From: an uncultured Acidobacteriota bacterium
Lineage (GTDB): Bacteria > Acidobacteriota > Terriglobia > UBA7540
DNA: 64,000 nucleotides
Reading direction: 5' to 3'
NCBI GenBank assembly: GCA_963804995.1
Contig: CAWDSK010000009.1
Span: 326,168-390,167 of the forward strand
Shown here: piece by piece, positions 1 to 10,400 of the stretch
Position numbering within the stretch: position 1 is the stretch's first letter
Layout: every line of letters starts with the position of its first letter
Notes under the pieces: model-generated
Database searches by the model: none
What the model saw: the letters and a program-made list of their open reading frames with translations, nothing else
Told to the model about the DNA's origin: nothing
Program-made: the position numbers and the translations under genes

Positions 1-109
1 ATCTATCCGCAGCCTGCAAAGCCCTGCCTAATTCCGCAACGCAGGGTATAATGGCCGCTTGTTTACGACTCTTGGGGGAACCCCGTGCGCAAGGAGCTTA
101 AGTAAGCGA

Positions 110-3100
110 ATGAAGCGAGCCGCTGTTATTTCTGTTTTCCCCTTAATTCTGATTTTGACGATTGCCTGGTGCATCACCTTCGCCCAAAAGCCGCCCCAGG
201 TGTCGCACCCTGGCTCCCCCCCGGCTAGCCCGCGTGCCGCGAAGGAATCCGCACCCTCCGCATCACTCCAGACTCTCCGTAATATCGGTAAGGCCTATTT
301 CGAGCAAGGCAAGTACGTCGAAGCCATCGGGGAATTTCAAAAAGTCGTGGCCTCCGGAAAGGCCCTGCCCACCGATCATCTGGACCTGGGATTAGCCCTG
401 ATGCTGGCGAACAAACTGGACTTGGCCCTGGGCGAATTGACCACAGCCAAGCAGATGGATTCGCACCTGGTCGCCGCAGACTACAACCTGGGCATCCTTT
501 ACAAACGCGAATTGCGCTATCCGGACGCGGAGGCCGCGCTCCAGCGTGTCATCGCCGTTGATTCCGAGGAGCCCGCCGTCTGGTTCAACCTGGGTAGCGT
601 GTATTTCTTCGAACGAAAAATGCAGGAGTGTCTCGACGCGCATCATCATGTCCTCAACCTCGGGTACGCCCGCGGCCGGAACTTCTACGTTGCCTCGCTG
701 TTCCGCACCTTTACGGCCTTGGTGCGCTTGAAGCGTCAGGACGAAGCTCAGAAGGTGCTGAAGCAATGGGAAAAGATGCACGAAAAGGTTCCGAACATCT
801 CGCTTCAGGACCCGGCTCTGGAGGGTGGCAAGTACGGAGCCATCCTGGTGCCCGCCAGCCCACCTGCGGAGGTCGCGCGTGCGGCATCGGCGAAGGTGAC
901 GTTTACGGAGATCACGGCGAAGCTCGGTATCAAGCTTCCTGCCTTGCCCACGCCGCCGGCGGACCAGGGAACCGCATTGTTCAACCCCTCCCTGACCATT
1001 GCTGATTACGATGGTGATGGCCATCCCGATATTTACGTCGTGGACCCCCAGGGCTCGAACCACCTGTTTCATAACAATGGGGACGGCACTTTCTCGGACG
1101 TGACAGCGAGTGCGGGGGTGGCGGGACCGGGCGGAAGTGTTTCGGCGACGTTTGCTGATTACGACAACAGCGGCCACCCCAGCCTGTTCGTCGCGGGAGC
1201 CCACGGGGTCACCGTCTACCAAAATCACGGTGACGGAACGTTTGTGGATGTGACCGAGAAGTGCGGGCTAAAGATGCCCAGCGGGTGGCTGGCTACGCAG
1301 GCCGTCTTATTCGACGCTGATAACGATGGGTTCCTGGACTTGGTTGTCACCCTCTACGGGGACTTTGGCTCTTTGCCCCTGACGGCACGGAAGGGTGATA
1401 TCCCACCCAATCTGAAGGTACTTCCCAGCCGCCTTTATCGCAACAATGGCGATGGCACCTTTGCGGATGTTACTTCCTCGAGCGGCTTGGAATCGGCAAC
1501 GGGACATATGCGGGGCGCCGTGTTCGCGGACTTCAATGATGACGGGTACGTCGACCTGTTGTTCCTGCGCGACGATGGTTCGCCCATGCTTTATATGAAT
1601 CAGGGCGAGAATAGGTTTGTGAACCGCACCGCGGAAGCGGGTGAGGCGCTGGCCAAATCCCGCGCGGTCGAGGCTCAAGTTGCTGACTTCGACCACGACG
1701 GCACTTTCGACCTGGCACTTTGGTCGAGCACGGGTTATCAAGTCCTCCTTAATCGTGGAAACGGGCGCTTCGCTGCGGTCGCCGGCCTGCCCCCCATGAT
1801 TCTTTCGGGCGGCAGCGGCGATTTCAAGGGGATTGTAGTGGACGTGGATGGCGACGGCTTCGCCGATCTCCTGAACCTTGACGCGCACGGCAAGCTGCAT
1901 CTGCTGCGCAACCGGGCCGGGCGCTTCCAGGAAATTCCCCTGGACGTCGCCGCCCCAGCCTCGGGAGCCTTAGCCTTTCTGGCCGCAACGTCGATTGCCA
2001 GTCCCGGCAAGCTCAACCTGATGGCCTTGACCCAGAGCGGTCAGTTGGCGGCGTTTGAAAAGGAAGGCCCGCCCGCGCGCTGGGTGGAAGTGAAGATGAC
2101 TGGGTTCAAGAGCAACAACCAGGGCATCGGGAGCGTGGTGGAGTTCAAAGCGGGCAACTACTACAACAAAGTTGTGGTGACCAACAGCCCCATCCGGATT
2201 TTCACCGGTGACATCGCGAAGCTCGATGTCATTCGGGTGACTTGGCCAAATGCCGTCGTGCAGAACTGGATCGATGCCGGAACCGACAGGCAGATTGAGG
2301 TCCGCGAGTCCGAGCGCTTGGCGAGTTCGTGTCCGTTTCTTTACGCCTGGGATGGCCGGAAGTTTGTTTATGTGACCGATGTGCTGGGCGTCGCGCCCAT
2401 CGGTGAGCTCGCGCCGGACGGCTCCCGCATCAAGCCCTACCCCGAGGAATGGGTGCGCCTGCCCAACTTGGTGCGCACTCCCCTTGGCGATTTCGTCTTT
2501 CAGTTGACCGATGAAATGCGTGAGGCTGAGTACTTGGATCAAGCCAAACTCGTGGCGGTCGATCACCCCGCGAGCGAAGAGATTTACGCGAACGAAATCT
2601 ATGCTTCCAATCCCGGCCGGCCCGCGCTCTACGCCGTGCGCGACAAGCGCTTTCCAGTTTCGGCGGTGGATGATCGCGGCAACGATGTGCTGCCGCTACT
2701 CTTGAAGCAAGACGACCGCTACCCGACGGAGTTCGCGCGCCACCGCATTCTGGGCATGGCGGAGCAGCATTCGCTCACACTTGACCTGGGAGAATTGCCC
2801 GCCAGTGCGCCCGTAAGTTTGTGGCTCAATGGTTGGGTTTTCTGGACGGACTCGAATGGGGCGCGCGCGCTCGAATCAAATCGGCAACTCGAAATGGTGG
2901 CGCCGTATTTGCAGGTGCGTGATGCGGCGGGCAAGTGGGTCACGGTGATTCCTGATATGGGACTGCCGAGCGGCACGAATCGCACCATGCGCGTCGACAT
3001 GGCGGGCAAATTCCTTTCTGCCGATCGCCACGTGCGCATCGTAACCAACCTTTGCGTCTACTGGGACCAGATTTTCTTCACCACGAACGAAGCCTTGGCG

Positions 3101-3604
3101 TCTCCCTCCACGGAACTGCCGCTGGCTGCGGCGGACCTGCATTATCGCGGCTTCTCCCAGGTCGCGAGCGATCCGGAGCACGTGAAGCCTGATTCCTTTG
3201 ATTACCAGCAGGTGACGGCGACCGCGCCCTGGAACCCCCTGCGAGGTAAATACACACGCTACGGGGGGGTTGTAAAGCTGCTTGTGCGGCACGACGATCA
3301 AATGGTGGTGATGGCCACGGGTGATGAGATGACGCTCGAGTTTAGCGGCGCCGCCCTGCCACCCGTGCAGTCAGGATGGAAACGGGATTTCTTCCTCTAC
3401 CTGCGCGGCTACGCTAAGGACGGCGAGCCCAATACAGCCTTCGCCCGGACCGTCCAGCCCCTGCCGTTCAGCGGCATGCCAAATTATCCGCCCGGTCCAA
3501 GCGACCACCCGCCCGGCACGCCTGAGTATCAGCGCTATCTGCGCGAGTACCAAACCCGTCCGGGCCGCGCGCTCATCCCACCCCTCGCGCCGGCGATTCA
3601 GTGA
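110..3604 (+). CDS. Secreted TPR + FG-GAP repeat + ASPIC/UnbV (CRTAC1-like) protein
   Basis: Long ORF with a hydrophobic N-terminus, TPR-like helices and repeated DxDxDGxxD/NNGDGTF motifs. It has an ASPIC-like segment followed by SCPFLYAWDG. ATG 110 chosen (AAGGAG upstream); TTG 59 is the alternative. Confidence 0.85.
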   Translation: MKRAAVISVFPLILILTIAWCITFAQKPPQVSHPGSPPASPRAAKESAPSASLQTLRNIGKAYFEQGKYVEAIGEFQKVVASGKALPTDHLDLGLALMLANKLDLALGELTTAKQMDSHLVAADYNLGILYKRELRYPDAEAALQRVIAVDSEEPAVWFNLGSVYFFERKMQECLDAHHHVLNLGYARGRNFYVASLFRTFTALVRLKRQDEAQKVLKQWEKMHEKVPNISLQDPALEGGKYGAILVPASPPAEVARAASAKVTFTEITAKLGIKLPALPTPPADQGTALFNPSLTIADYDGDGHPDIYVVDPQGSNHLFHNNGDGTFSDVTASAGVAGPGGSVSATFADYDNSGHPSLFVAGAHGVTVYQNHGDGTFVDVTEKCGLKMPSGWLATQAVLFDADNDGFLDLVVTLYGDFGSLPLTARKGDIPPNLKVLPSRLYRNNGDGTFADVTSSSGLESATGHMRGAVFADFNDDGYVDLLFLRDDGSPMLYMNQGENRFVNRTAEAGEALAKSRAVEAQVADFDHDGTFDLALWSSTGYQVLLNRGNGRFAAVAGLPPMILSGGSGDFKGIVVDVDGDGFADLLNLDAHGKLHLLRNRAGRFQEIPLDVAAPASGALAFLAATSIASPGKLNLMALTQSGQLAAFEKEGPPARWVEVKMTGFKSNNQGIGSVVEFKAGNYYNKVVVTNSPIRIFTGDIAKLDVIRVTWPNAVVQNWIDAGTDRQIEVRESERLASSCPFLYAWDGRKFVYVTDVLGVAPIGELAPDGSRIKPYPEEWVRLPNLVRTPLGDFVFQLTDEMREAEYLDQAKLVAVDHPASEEIYANEIYASNPGRPALYAVRDKRFPVSAVDDRGNDVLPLLLKQDDRYPTEFARHRILGMAEQHSLTLDLGELPASAPVSLWLNGWVFWTDSNGARALESNRQLEMVAPYLQVRDAAGKWVTVIPDMGLPSGTNRTMRVDMAGKFLSADRHVRIVTNLCVYWDQIFFTTNEALASPSTELPLAAADLHYRGFSQVASDPEHVKPDSFDYQQVTATAPWNPLRGKYTRYGGVVKLLVRHDDQMVVMATGDEMTLEFSGAALPPVQSGWKRDFFLYLRGYAKDGEPNTAFARTVQPLPFSGMPNYPPGPSDHPPGTPEYQRYLREYQTRPGRALIPPLAPAIQ

Positions 3605-3649
3605 GCAATTTTTCACGAGTGAGTTGAAGGGCGGAGCTTCATAGCAGTT

Positions 3650-3974
3650 GTAGCGCGGACCTCCGCTGTTGAGGTCCGCGGTTCTTCATGCCCCATCTGA
3701 GCGAATGTGGCCGTTCGTACTTGGGGTTTGTGGGTTCTGCAAACGAAAAGCCGCGGACCCCAAAACCGGGGGACCGCGCTACATCTACCGAGGCCCGTGA
3801 GGGCCACCAGCAGCGTAACGCGGACCTCCGCTGTTGAGGTCCGCGGTTCTTCGTGCGCCCTTTGAGCGAATGTATCGTGGCAAAGAGGCAGGTGTGGCGC
3901 CGCCCCCCGTCGTTGAGATTTGCGGATTCTTCAAATGAAAAGCCGCGGACCCCAAAACCGGGGGACCGCACTAC
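3650..3974. repeat. Two tandem REP-like palindromic units (3650-3782, 3815-3974)
   Basis: Both units read GTA(G/A)CGCGGACCTCCGCTGTTGAGGTCCGCGG...AAAGCCGCGGACCCCAAAACCGGGGGACCGC(G/A)CTAC, with different interiors. Confidence 0.85.
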
Positions 3975-4035
3975 GCTTACCACGCCCTCCAACCTTGCCA
4001 AGGGTTCTGCATTTGCTATAGTAACCGTTCGCTTC

Positions 4036-4080
4036 GTAGGGGTACCCCTCGCGTGTGCCCTTCACGAGGGGTGCCCCTAC
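4036..4080. repeat. GTAG-type REP palindrome
   Basis: GTAGGGGTACCCCTCGCG...CACGAGGGGTGCCCCTAC imperfect inverted repeat. Confidence 0.7.
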
Positions 4081-4139
4081 AAGGCGCCTTGGTTGCGGCC
4101 CCGCCGCTCTGCGCCGCCCCCCAAGGACACGAGGAGATA

Positions 4140-5552
4140 ATGCGAACTGGGTGGTCACACTTCCTTTTCATTTTCCTATTCTGCACGGTGTCTGTGGTTC
4201 GAGCGGGCCAGCTTGAACCGAAGGTCGCGGCACTCAACTGGGGCGCGTACCAGGATGAGACAGTGAAGATGTTGCAAGCATACCTGCGCATCAACACTTC
4301 GAATCCACCCGGACAGGAGCTGGCGGCAGCCGAGTTTTTCCACCGGATGTTTGATGACGCCGGCATCCCCAACACCATCTATGAATTCACGCCCGGCCGC
4401 GCTGACATCTACGCGGTTCTCAAGGGGGATGGCAGCTCGCGGCCTTTGATATTGCTCAATCACATGGACGTGGTGCGCGCCGATTCCAGCAACTGGCGCC
4501 ATCCGCCGTTTTCAGGCGAGATCGTGGACGGTGAGCTTTACGGACGCGGCGCGCTCAACATGAAGGGCGAAGGGTTGCAGCAGGCGATGGTGATGGTCAT
4601 TGCGGCGCGTGAGCACGTGCCCCTGAAGCGCGATCTGATATTTCTCGGCACGGCGGATGAGGAGGTTGACGATGTGGGCAGCGCCTGGTTCCTGGAAAAT
4701 CATTCAGACCTGGTGCGCCACGCTGAATACTTGATTACCGAGGGAGGGTCAAACCTGGTGCGCCCCGGGCAACCCACCCTCTACGGTGTGGGAGTTGCGG
4801 AGAAGGCTCCCTATTGGATTCGCGTGACGGCCACGGGGCGCGGCGGACACGGGTCGATCCCTCTCGCGGATTCCCCACCCAATCGATTGATTCGGGCGCT
4901 CTGCCGGATGGTGGACTGGCAACCGCCGATTCGCCTGTTGCCTTCCGTAGAACAGTATTTCAGGGCCCTCGCAGTGATTGAGCCCGCGCCGCTGGCCGGG
5001 CAATTTCGCGATATTCGCAAGGCGCTCGCGGACCCCGTTTTCGCCCGGAAAATGAGCCAGGACGAGGATTTTAACTACCTTTTGCGCGACACGGTTTCGC
5101 TCTCCGTGCTGCGGGGCAGCGCGCAGACCAATGTGATTCCCGATACGGCTTACGCGGAATTGGACGTGCGCCTGCTGCCCGGCCAGGATCCGCAGGTGTT
5201 TCTCTCCCAACTCCGCAGCGTCCTGGCGGATGAAAACCTTCGCCTCGAAAATTTCAATCTCTTCAAACCGCCAAATTCTTCTTCCCCGGACACCCGTCTT
5301 TATCGAATTATCGAAGCGGTGGTGCATCAGTACAATCCCCAGGCCCTCGTGTTGCCCACGCTCAACAGCGGGTACACCGAAAGCCAGATGTACCGGCCGC
5401 TGGGAATCGTCTGCTACGGCTTTAACACTCTGGAAGTGACGGCGGAGCTGGATGAAACCGAGCATGCTGCCAACGAACGAGTGCCCCTGGACCAACTGCG
5501 GCGCGGGGTGAAAATGCTTTATGAAGTCGTCGTGCGAACGGCGAATGAATAG
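4140..5552 (+). CDS. M20/M25/M40 family metallopeptidase with signal peptide
   Basis: Motifs LLNHMDVV, YGRGALNMKG, ADEE, GGHGS, TNVIP and EHAANER. GAGGAG RBS precedes ATG 4140. Confidence 0.9.
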   Translation: MRTGWSHFLFIFLFCTVSVVRAGQLEPKVAALNWGAYQDETVKMLQAYLRINTSNPPGQELAAAEFFHRMFDDAGIPNTIYEFTPGRADIYAVLKGDGSSRPLILLNHMDVVRADSSNWRHPPFSGEIVDGELYGRGALNMKGEGLQQAMVMVIAAREHVPLKRDLIFLGTADEEVDDVGSAWFLENHSDLVRHAEYLITEGGSNLVRPGQPTLYGVGVAEKAPYWIRVTATGRGGHGSIPLADSPPNRLIRALCRMVDWQPPIRLLPSVEQYFRALAVIEPAPLAGQFRDIRKALADPVFARKMSQDEDFNYLLRDTVSLSVLRGSAQTNVIPDTAYAELDVRLLPGQDPQVFLSQLRSVLADENLRLENFNLFKPPNSSSPDTRLYRIIEAVVHQYNPQALVLPTLNSGYTESQMYRPLGIVCYGFNTLEVTAELDETEHAANERVPLDQLRRGVKMLYEVVVRTANE

Positions 5553-5555
5553 AAC

Positions 5556-5650
5556 AGTGGTTAGTGGTTAGTGGTTAGTGGTTAGTGGTTAGTTAAAGGG
5601 CAGGAGTCAAACTGCTCTTCATTTTAGCTCCTAACTCCTAGCTCCTAGCT
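5556..5650. repeat. Heptamer tandem repeats (AGTGGTT x5; CTCCTAR-like x3)
   Basis: Directly visible at 5556-5594 and about 5625-5650. Confidence 0.85.
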
Positions 5651-5661
5651 TCTTACGTACC

Positions 5662-6096
5662 ATGACCCGTGAATATCCCAAACAACCGTTGGTGGGCGTG
5701 GGCGGTGTGGTGATTGACCGCCACCGCGCCCTGCTGATTCGCCGGGGCAGCGAGCCGCTGAAAGGGGAGTGGTCGATTCCCGGCGGCATGCTGGAGTTGG
5801 GGGAGGAACTCACCGCCGGCGTGCGGCGCGAGTTGCAGGAGGAGACTGGCCTCGAAGTCGAACCGCTCGAAATGATCCTGGCGTTTGACCGCATCCTGCA
5901 CGAAGGTGAGCGGGTGAAATATCATTACGTCATCGTCGATTATCTCTGCCGCAAAAAGCGTGGGCGGCTGCGTCCGGCGTCGGACGTCGTTGACGCATGC
6001 TGGGTGCGCCAGGAGGACCTGCCGAAATACCACCTGACCGACATGGCCACAGCGGTGATCCTTAAAGCCTTCGAGATGGTGAAAAAGCGGCGGTAG
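5662..6096 (+). CDS. NUDIX hydrolase
   Basis: Nudix box GGMLELGEELTAGVRRELQEETGL. Confidence 0.93.
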   Translation: MTREYPKQPLVGVGGVVIDRHRALLIRRGSEPLKGEWSIPGGMLELGEELTAGVRRELQEETGLEVEPLEMILAFDRILHEGERVKYHYVIVDYLCRKKRGRLRPASDVVDACWVRQEDLPKYHLTDMATAVILKAFEMVKKRR

Positions 6097-6106
6097 GGTG
6101 AAAATG

Positions 6107-6400
6107 CTCCCCTCCTCAGATGAGGAGGGGTGGCGCGCCGAGCCCCGATAGCGCGTTTTTTCCAAATTGATCATCGGGGCCGAGCGTCGGGGTGGTGCTG
6201 ACAAGATAAAGCCGTGGTGCTAATCGAGGCGTCAAGCCACCCGGCGGATGGGGTAAACCCCCCGTCGCCCCAGGTGCTCGGGTAACCACCCCGTCGCCTA
6301 TGGCGCCACCCCTCCTAAATCAGGAGGGGAGTTCTTAAAAAAGATGCCCCCCTCCTCAGATAAGGAGGGGTGGCGCGTTGAGCGCCGGGGTGGTGCTGAG
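6107..6400. repeat. CCCCTCC-N-GGAGGGG palindromic repeat cluster (family A)
   Basis: Several CTCCCCTCCT..AGGAGGGGTGGCGCG..GGGGTGGTGCTGA units. They are the reverse complement of sequence at about 36230-36350 and 37175-37292. Confidence 0.85.
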
Positions 6401-6410
6401 AGGATTCTTG

Positions 6411-6995
6411 ATGAGTAACCTGAAAGTGTGTGTTTATTGCGCCTCGAGCGGCCAGTGCGACCCGGCCTATCTCGACGCTGCCGAGCGCCTGGGCCGGGCC
6501 TTAGCGCGCCAGGGAGCGACCCTGGTCTACGGCGGAGGCGGAGCGGGCGCCATGGCCAGTTTGGCGGATGGCGCGCTGGGCGCGGGCGGCACCGTCATCG
6601 GCATCATCCCGCGCTTCATGATGGAACTGGAGTGGGGACACAAGCACTTGACCGAGATGCGCGTGGTGGAAGATATGCGGGTGCGCAAGCACCTGATGAT
6701 GGAAGGCGCTGACGCCGTCGTGGCTCTGGCGGGCGGTTGTGGCACGCTCGAAGAACTATTTGAGGCCATCACCCTGAAGCGGGTCGGACTTTATCTGGGG
6801 CCGATTATCCTCGTGAACACGCGCGGCTATTATGATCGCATCGTGGCCGCCCTCGAACACTCCATCACGGAACGATTTATGGACCCACGCCACCGGGAAA
6901 TCTGGACTGTGGTCGGCGAACCCGAAGAAGTGCTGGGAGCCATCCAAACCGCACCCCGCTGGAGCGCGGACAATCGCGACTTTGCCGTGCTGTAA
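6411..6995 (+). CDS. LOG family (TIGR00730-like) phosphoribohydrolase
   Basis: VCVYCASS, LVYGGG, RKHLM and GGCGTLEE motifs. Confidence 0.92.
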   Translation: MSNLKVCVYCASSGQCDPAYLDAAERLGRALARQGATLVYGGGGAGAMASLADGALGAGGTVIGIIPRFMMELEWGHKHLTEMRVVEDMRVRKHLMMEGADAVVALAGGCGTLEELFEAITLKRVGLYLGPIILVNTRGYYDRIVAALEHSITERFMDPRHREIWTVVGEPEEVLGAIQTAPRWSADNRDFAVL

Positions 6996-7284
6996 GCCTG
7001 CGCCAGCCTACCGCAACTCCGTAGCCTGATCTTCCTTCACGCCACCCAGTGAGACAGTGGCTGGCGCAGAGCGAGCCCAGTTCTGCGCTTCACGTCTCTG
7101 ACCATCGATATCCCCGCCGATCTAGAGATGCCGCTTCGAGCCCGGCCACGTCCAGCTTCCGATTCTATTATCGGAACGATTCGTCCGTCTCTAGCATGGA
7201 CCGGCATGCTTAAGTAAATCGCCCCGACGAGTCGGGGCGCCAGCCGGCCAGAGAGAACCCATGGTTGAATCCCGAAGGACGGGC

Positions 7285-7369
7285 AAAATAAAAAGCAGAC
7301 CCAACGCTCACGTCCAACGTGATCTATCTGCTTACCTCACGGCCAGGCGCGCGAAGGGTCTGCTTTTAT
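7285..7369. terminator. Long hairpin with T-tracts between convergent genes
   Basis: AAAAGCAGACCC...GGGTCTGCTTTT arms with an internal CGTGA/TCACG stem. Confidence 0.5.
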
Positions 7370-7467
7370 CTATGCTCAATCGGCTATCGGTATCTTCTTA
7401 ACCGGTGCCTCTTGAGCCTTAGGGCTACGACGAGTTGTTTCCAAAACTTCTGCAGCTTAAGTCCACA

Positions 7468-10400
7468 TCAGAACGTATACTTCATCGCAAACTGCAAGAT
7501 ACGCGGATCGCTTGCACTCTGGATCACGCCGAAGGTGGAATCCTGCAGGTTATTGTCCGGAGTGCCGAAATTCGCGTGGTTAAACAGGTTGAAGAATTCG
7601 AACCGCAGCTCCACGCGGTGGCTCTCGTGCCGTGGGACGTTGAAATATCGCGTCACCGCAGCATCCACATTGAAATATCCAGGCCCCACCTGCGCAGCCT
7701 GTCCCGAGTTGCCAAACGCGCCGATGGTATTAGGAACAAAGGCGGCGGGGTTGAGCCACTGCCGGGTATTCATATCTTTCACGTAATTACTTGCCCCGGG
7801 GACAACGTTGGCGCGATCCAACCCGACTGCGGTCAGGGAATTATCGAGGCCGGAGCTCACGCCGTACCATATTCCACTGTGGATGGCAACAATCGGCGAG
7901 AACTGCCAGTTGCCCAGCAGCCGGTTGGTCCACAGACCGGCAAACTTGGGCGAGGTAGCAACAAAAGACATATTGAACACGTGGCGGAGGTCAAAGCCGC
8001 AATTGCCGCGGTCGGCGTTGCGATTGTAGGGATTCTGGTTTTGCGGACCATTGATGTCGCCACCGAAATCTCCTTCGTCAATGCAGTGTGACCAAGTGTA
8101 ATTGGTCAGGAACGTGTAATTCTTGCTGAAACGATGCTGGGCGGAAAGGAATAGCGAGTTGTACTCACCATTTGATCCGTCGTCCGCCACAGCAAGGGTG
8201 GAAAGCTGCGCGCCGTAGACGGGGTTTTCCAGATAAAGCAGCCGCCTCTGGGCGGTGTTGTCTTCCGTCGAGCAAGGTGACCCGCCGCACATTCCGGGAA
8301 TATAAACGGCGGGGTTCGCCGCCTCACCGGTCCAGATATGGGTCGTCTTGTTTCCAACGTAAGTCGCCGAAACCATCCAATTGGGTGTCAATTGACGCTG
8401 ATAGCTAATGTCCCATTGCTGCATGCTGGTGGGCAACCCTTGCGTCGGAAACGTAAGATAGGCGCTCGGGAAGAAAGGTACATTCGTGGAAGGGACAACG
8501 GGAACCGGGAACGGGTTGCCCCCGGGGAATCCTTGGTAGGGATTCGTAAAGCCTCCCACAGGGGCGGTAAAATTGACGGCGCTTGCCCAGGGAGAGTTCT
8601 CACCCGCGTCGGTGTAATAAAAGGTCTGGGGCGTGTGATAGAAGATGCCGTACCCCACACGGATCGTCTGTTTGCCGTTGCCGGCAGGATCCCAGACCAG
8701 CCCTACGCGGGGCTCGAGATCCGAGAGGCGGCTGAAACTAAAGGCGTTCGACGGATACCCTGGATCACCTATGTAAAAGATTCCGGGCGGCGCGTTCACG
8801 AATACCTTGCTCTTCGTGCCGGCCAAGTATGCCGATGGCGAAAAGTACGTCCCGCCGATGTGATGCAGCTCACTCATGGGCAGGTAAGGTTCATAGCGCA
8901 AACCCACCTGAAGATTGAAATGCTTGGTAACCTGGACATTGTCCATCGCATAAGCGCCAATGTAGAGCTCCCGTTCGTCCCCGGGGTCGGGAGCACCCTG
9001 CCGGAAGCTATTATCCCGCCCCAGCAGAAAATCCAGCAATGCGTCATTCGAAAATTGCCCGTTAAAGTTGATCAGGCCATCACCCAGATGGCCAGTCTGA
9101 TTGTTGAGCTGGTTGCGAACCACGTCCCCACCGAATGCGAGGTGATGGCGGCCATGCATAATATCCACATCATCCGCAAATTGATAGGAGTTGGTGTTGA
9201 AATAGGACGGCGAGCAGGAACTGCAGCCCGAGGCGAATTTACCGCTAACCGTTACCACCAGACCGTCGGGGAAATAGGAAAACATGTTTACGCCGAGCTT
9301 GGTCGGACTGAGGTAATCCAGCGCCGGCCCGCGCGTAATGGCCAGCCGCGACCAGGTGAGATGGGCAGAATTGAGTACAGTGGGACTGATCGAATAGGTG
9401 TCGCCCAACACAAAGGAGTGGTTGCGGTCAATGACTCCGCGTTCGGTGGTTACCAGTACATTGCCGCCAAAGGGGGCCGGACTTTCATAGTCCGCCAAGT
9501 AATAACGCCCAAAGAAATTGTGCTTGGGACTTAGGGTCCAGTCAACTCGACCGATGTATTCATCTTCCCTGGCGGGCACGGGAATTGCGTAGGTCACCAT
9601 CCCGCAGGGATCAGTGGAGAGGGGTACGTATTTGAGCAAGTTTAGAGCCTGCTGATTGTAAGTACTCGGATCGACATAATTGCTTGTGTAAGGCTGCTGC
9701 GTGGCCGGGTTGATGATCGTGCGTGCCTCGCCATTGGACTGGCAGGCGGCGGATTCCATAGCGCTCCAATCGCCATTCAGGACCGCCTGCGTGGGTACGT
9801 AAGCGATTGAGGAGGGCGAGGCGGTTCGTTCGCGGTCCCCTTGGTACCCGAAAAAGCCAAAGAGTTTATCCTTCTTAATCGGGGCGCCAATCGTCCCGCC
9901 AAACTGGTTTCGTTTCAGACTGTCGTGCGTGTCTGCGAAGAAATTCCGGGCATTGACATCGCCGTTACGCAGGAACTCGAACAGATCCCCGTGTACGCGA
10001 TTGGTGCCGGACTTGGTCACAACGTTGACCACCGCGCCGGGATGCAGCCCATAGCGAGCCGAAAGGCTGTTGGTCTGAACGCTGAATTCCTGAAGGGCAT
10101 CTGGGAAGGGGAAGGGGAGATTGATATTCGAAAAGGAGTCGTTGTTGTCCCCGCCATCCATCAGATAGTTTGTCGCGTCCGGCTGTCCACCCGCAACCGC
10201 AATCGAATCCGCAGTAGGCCAGTTCTTACTGCCGGTGAGATCATTGGCTTGGGTAAGCGCCGGGCCAATGTTGTTGGCGGATCCGGCCAAAATGACCAAG
10301 TATAGGGCGTTGCGGCCGTTTAATGGCAGATCGACCACGCTGCGCTCATCGATGACCTGGGAGACGGAAGTAGTTTGTGTCTGCACCATGTTGGCGCCGG

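Noticed and set aside
3650..3974. CRISPR array
   Set aside because: Only two long units with inverted ends, irregular spacing and no cas genes.
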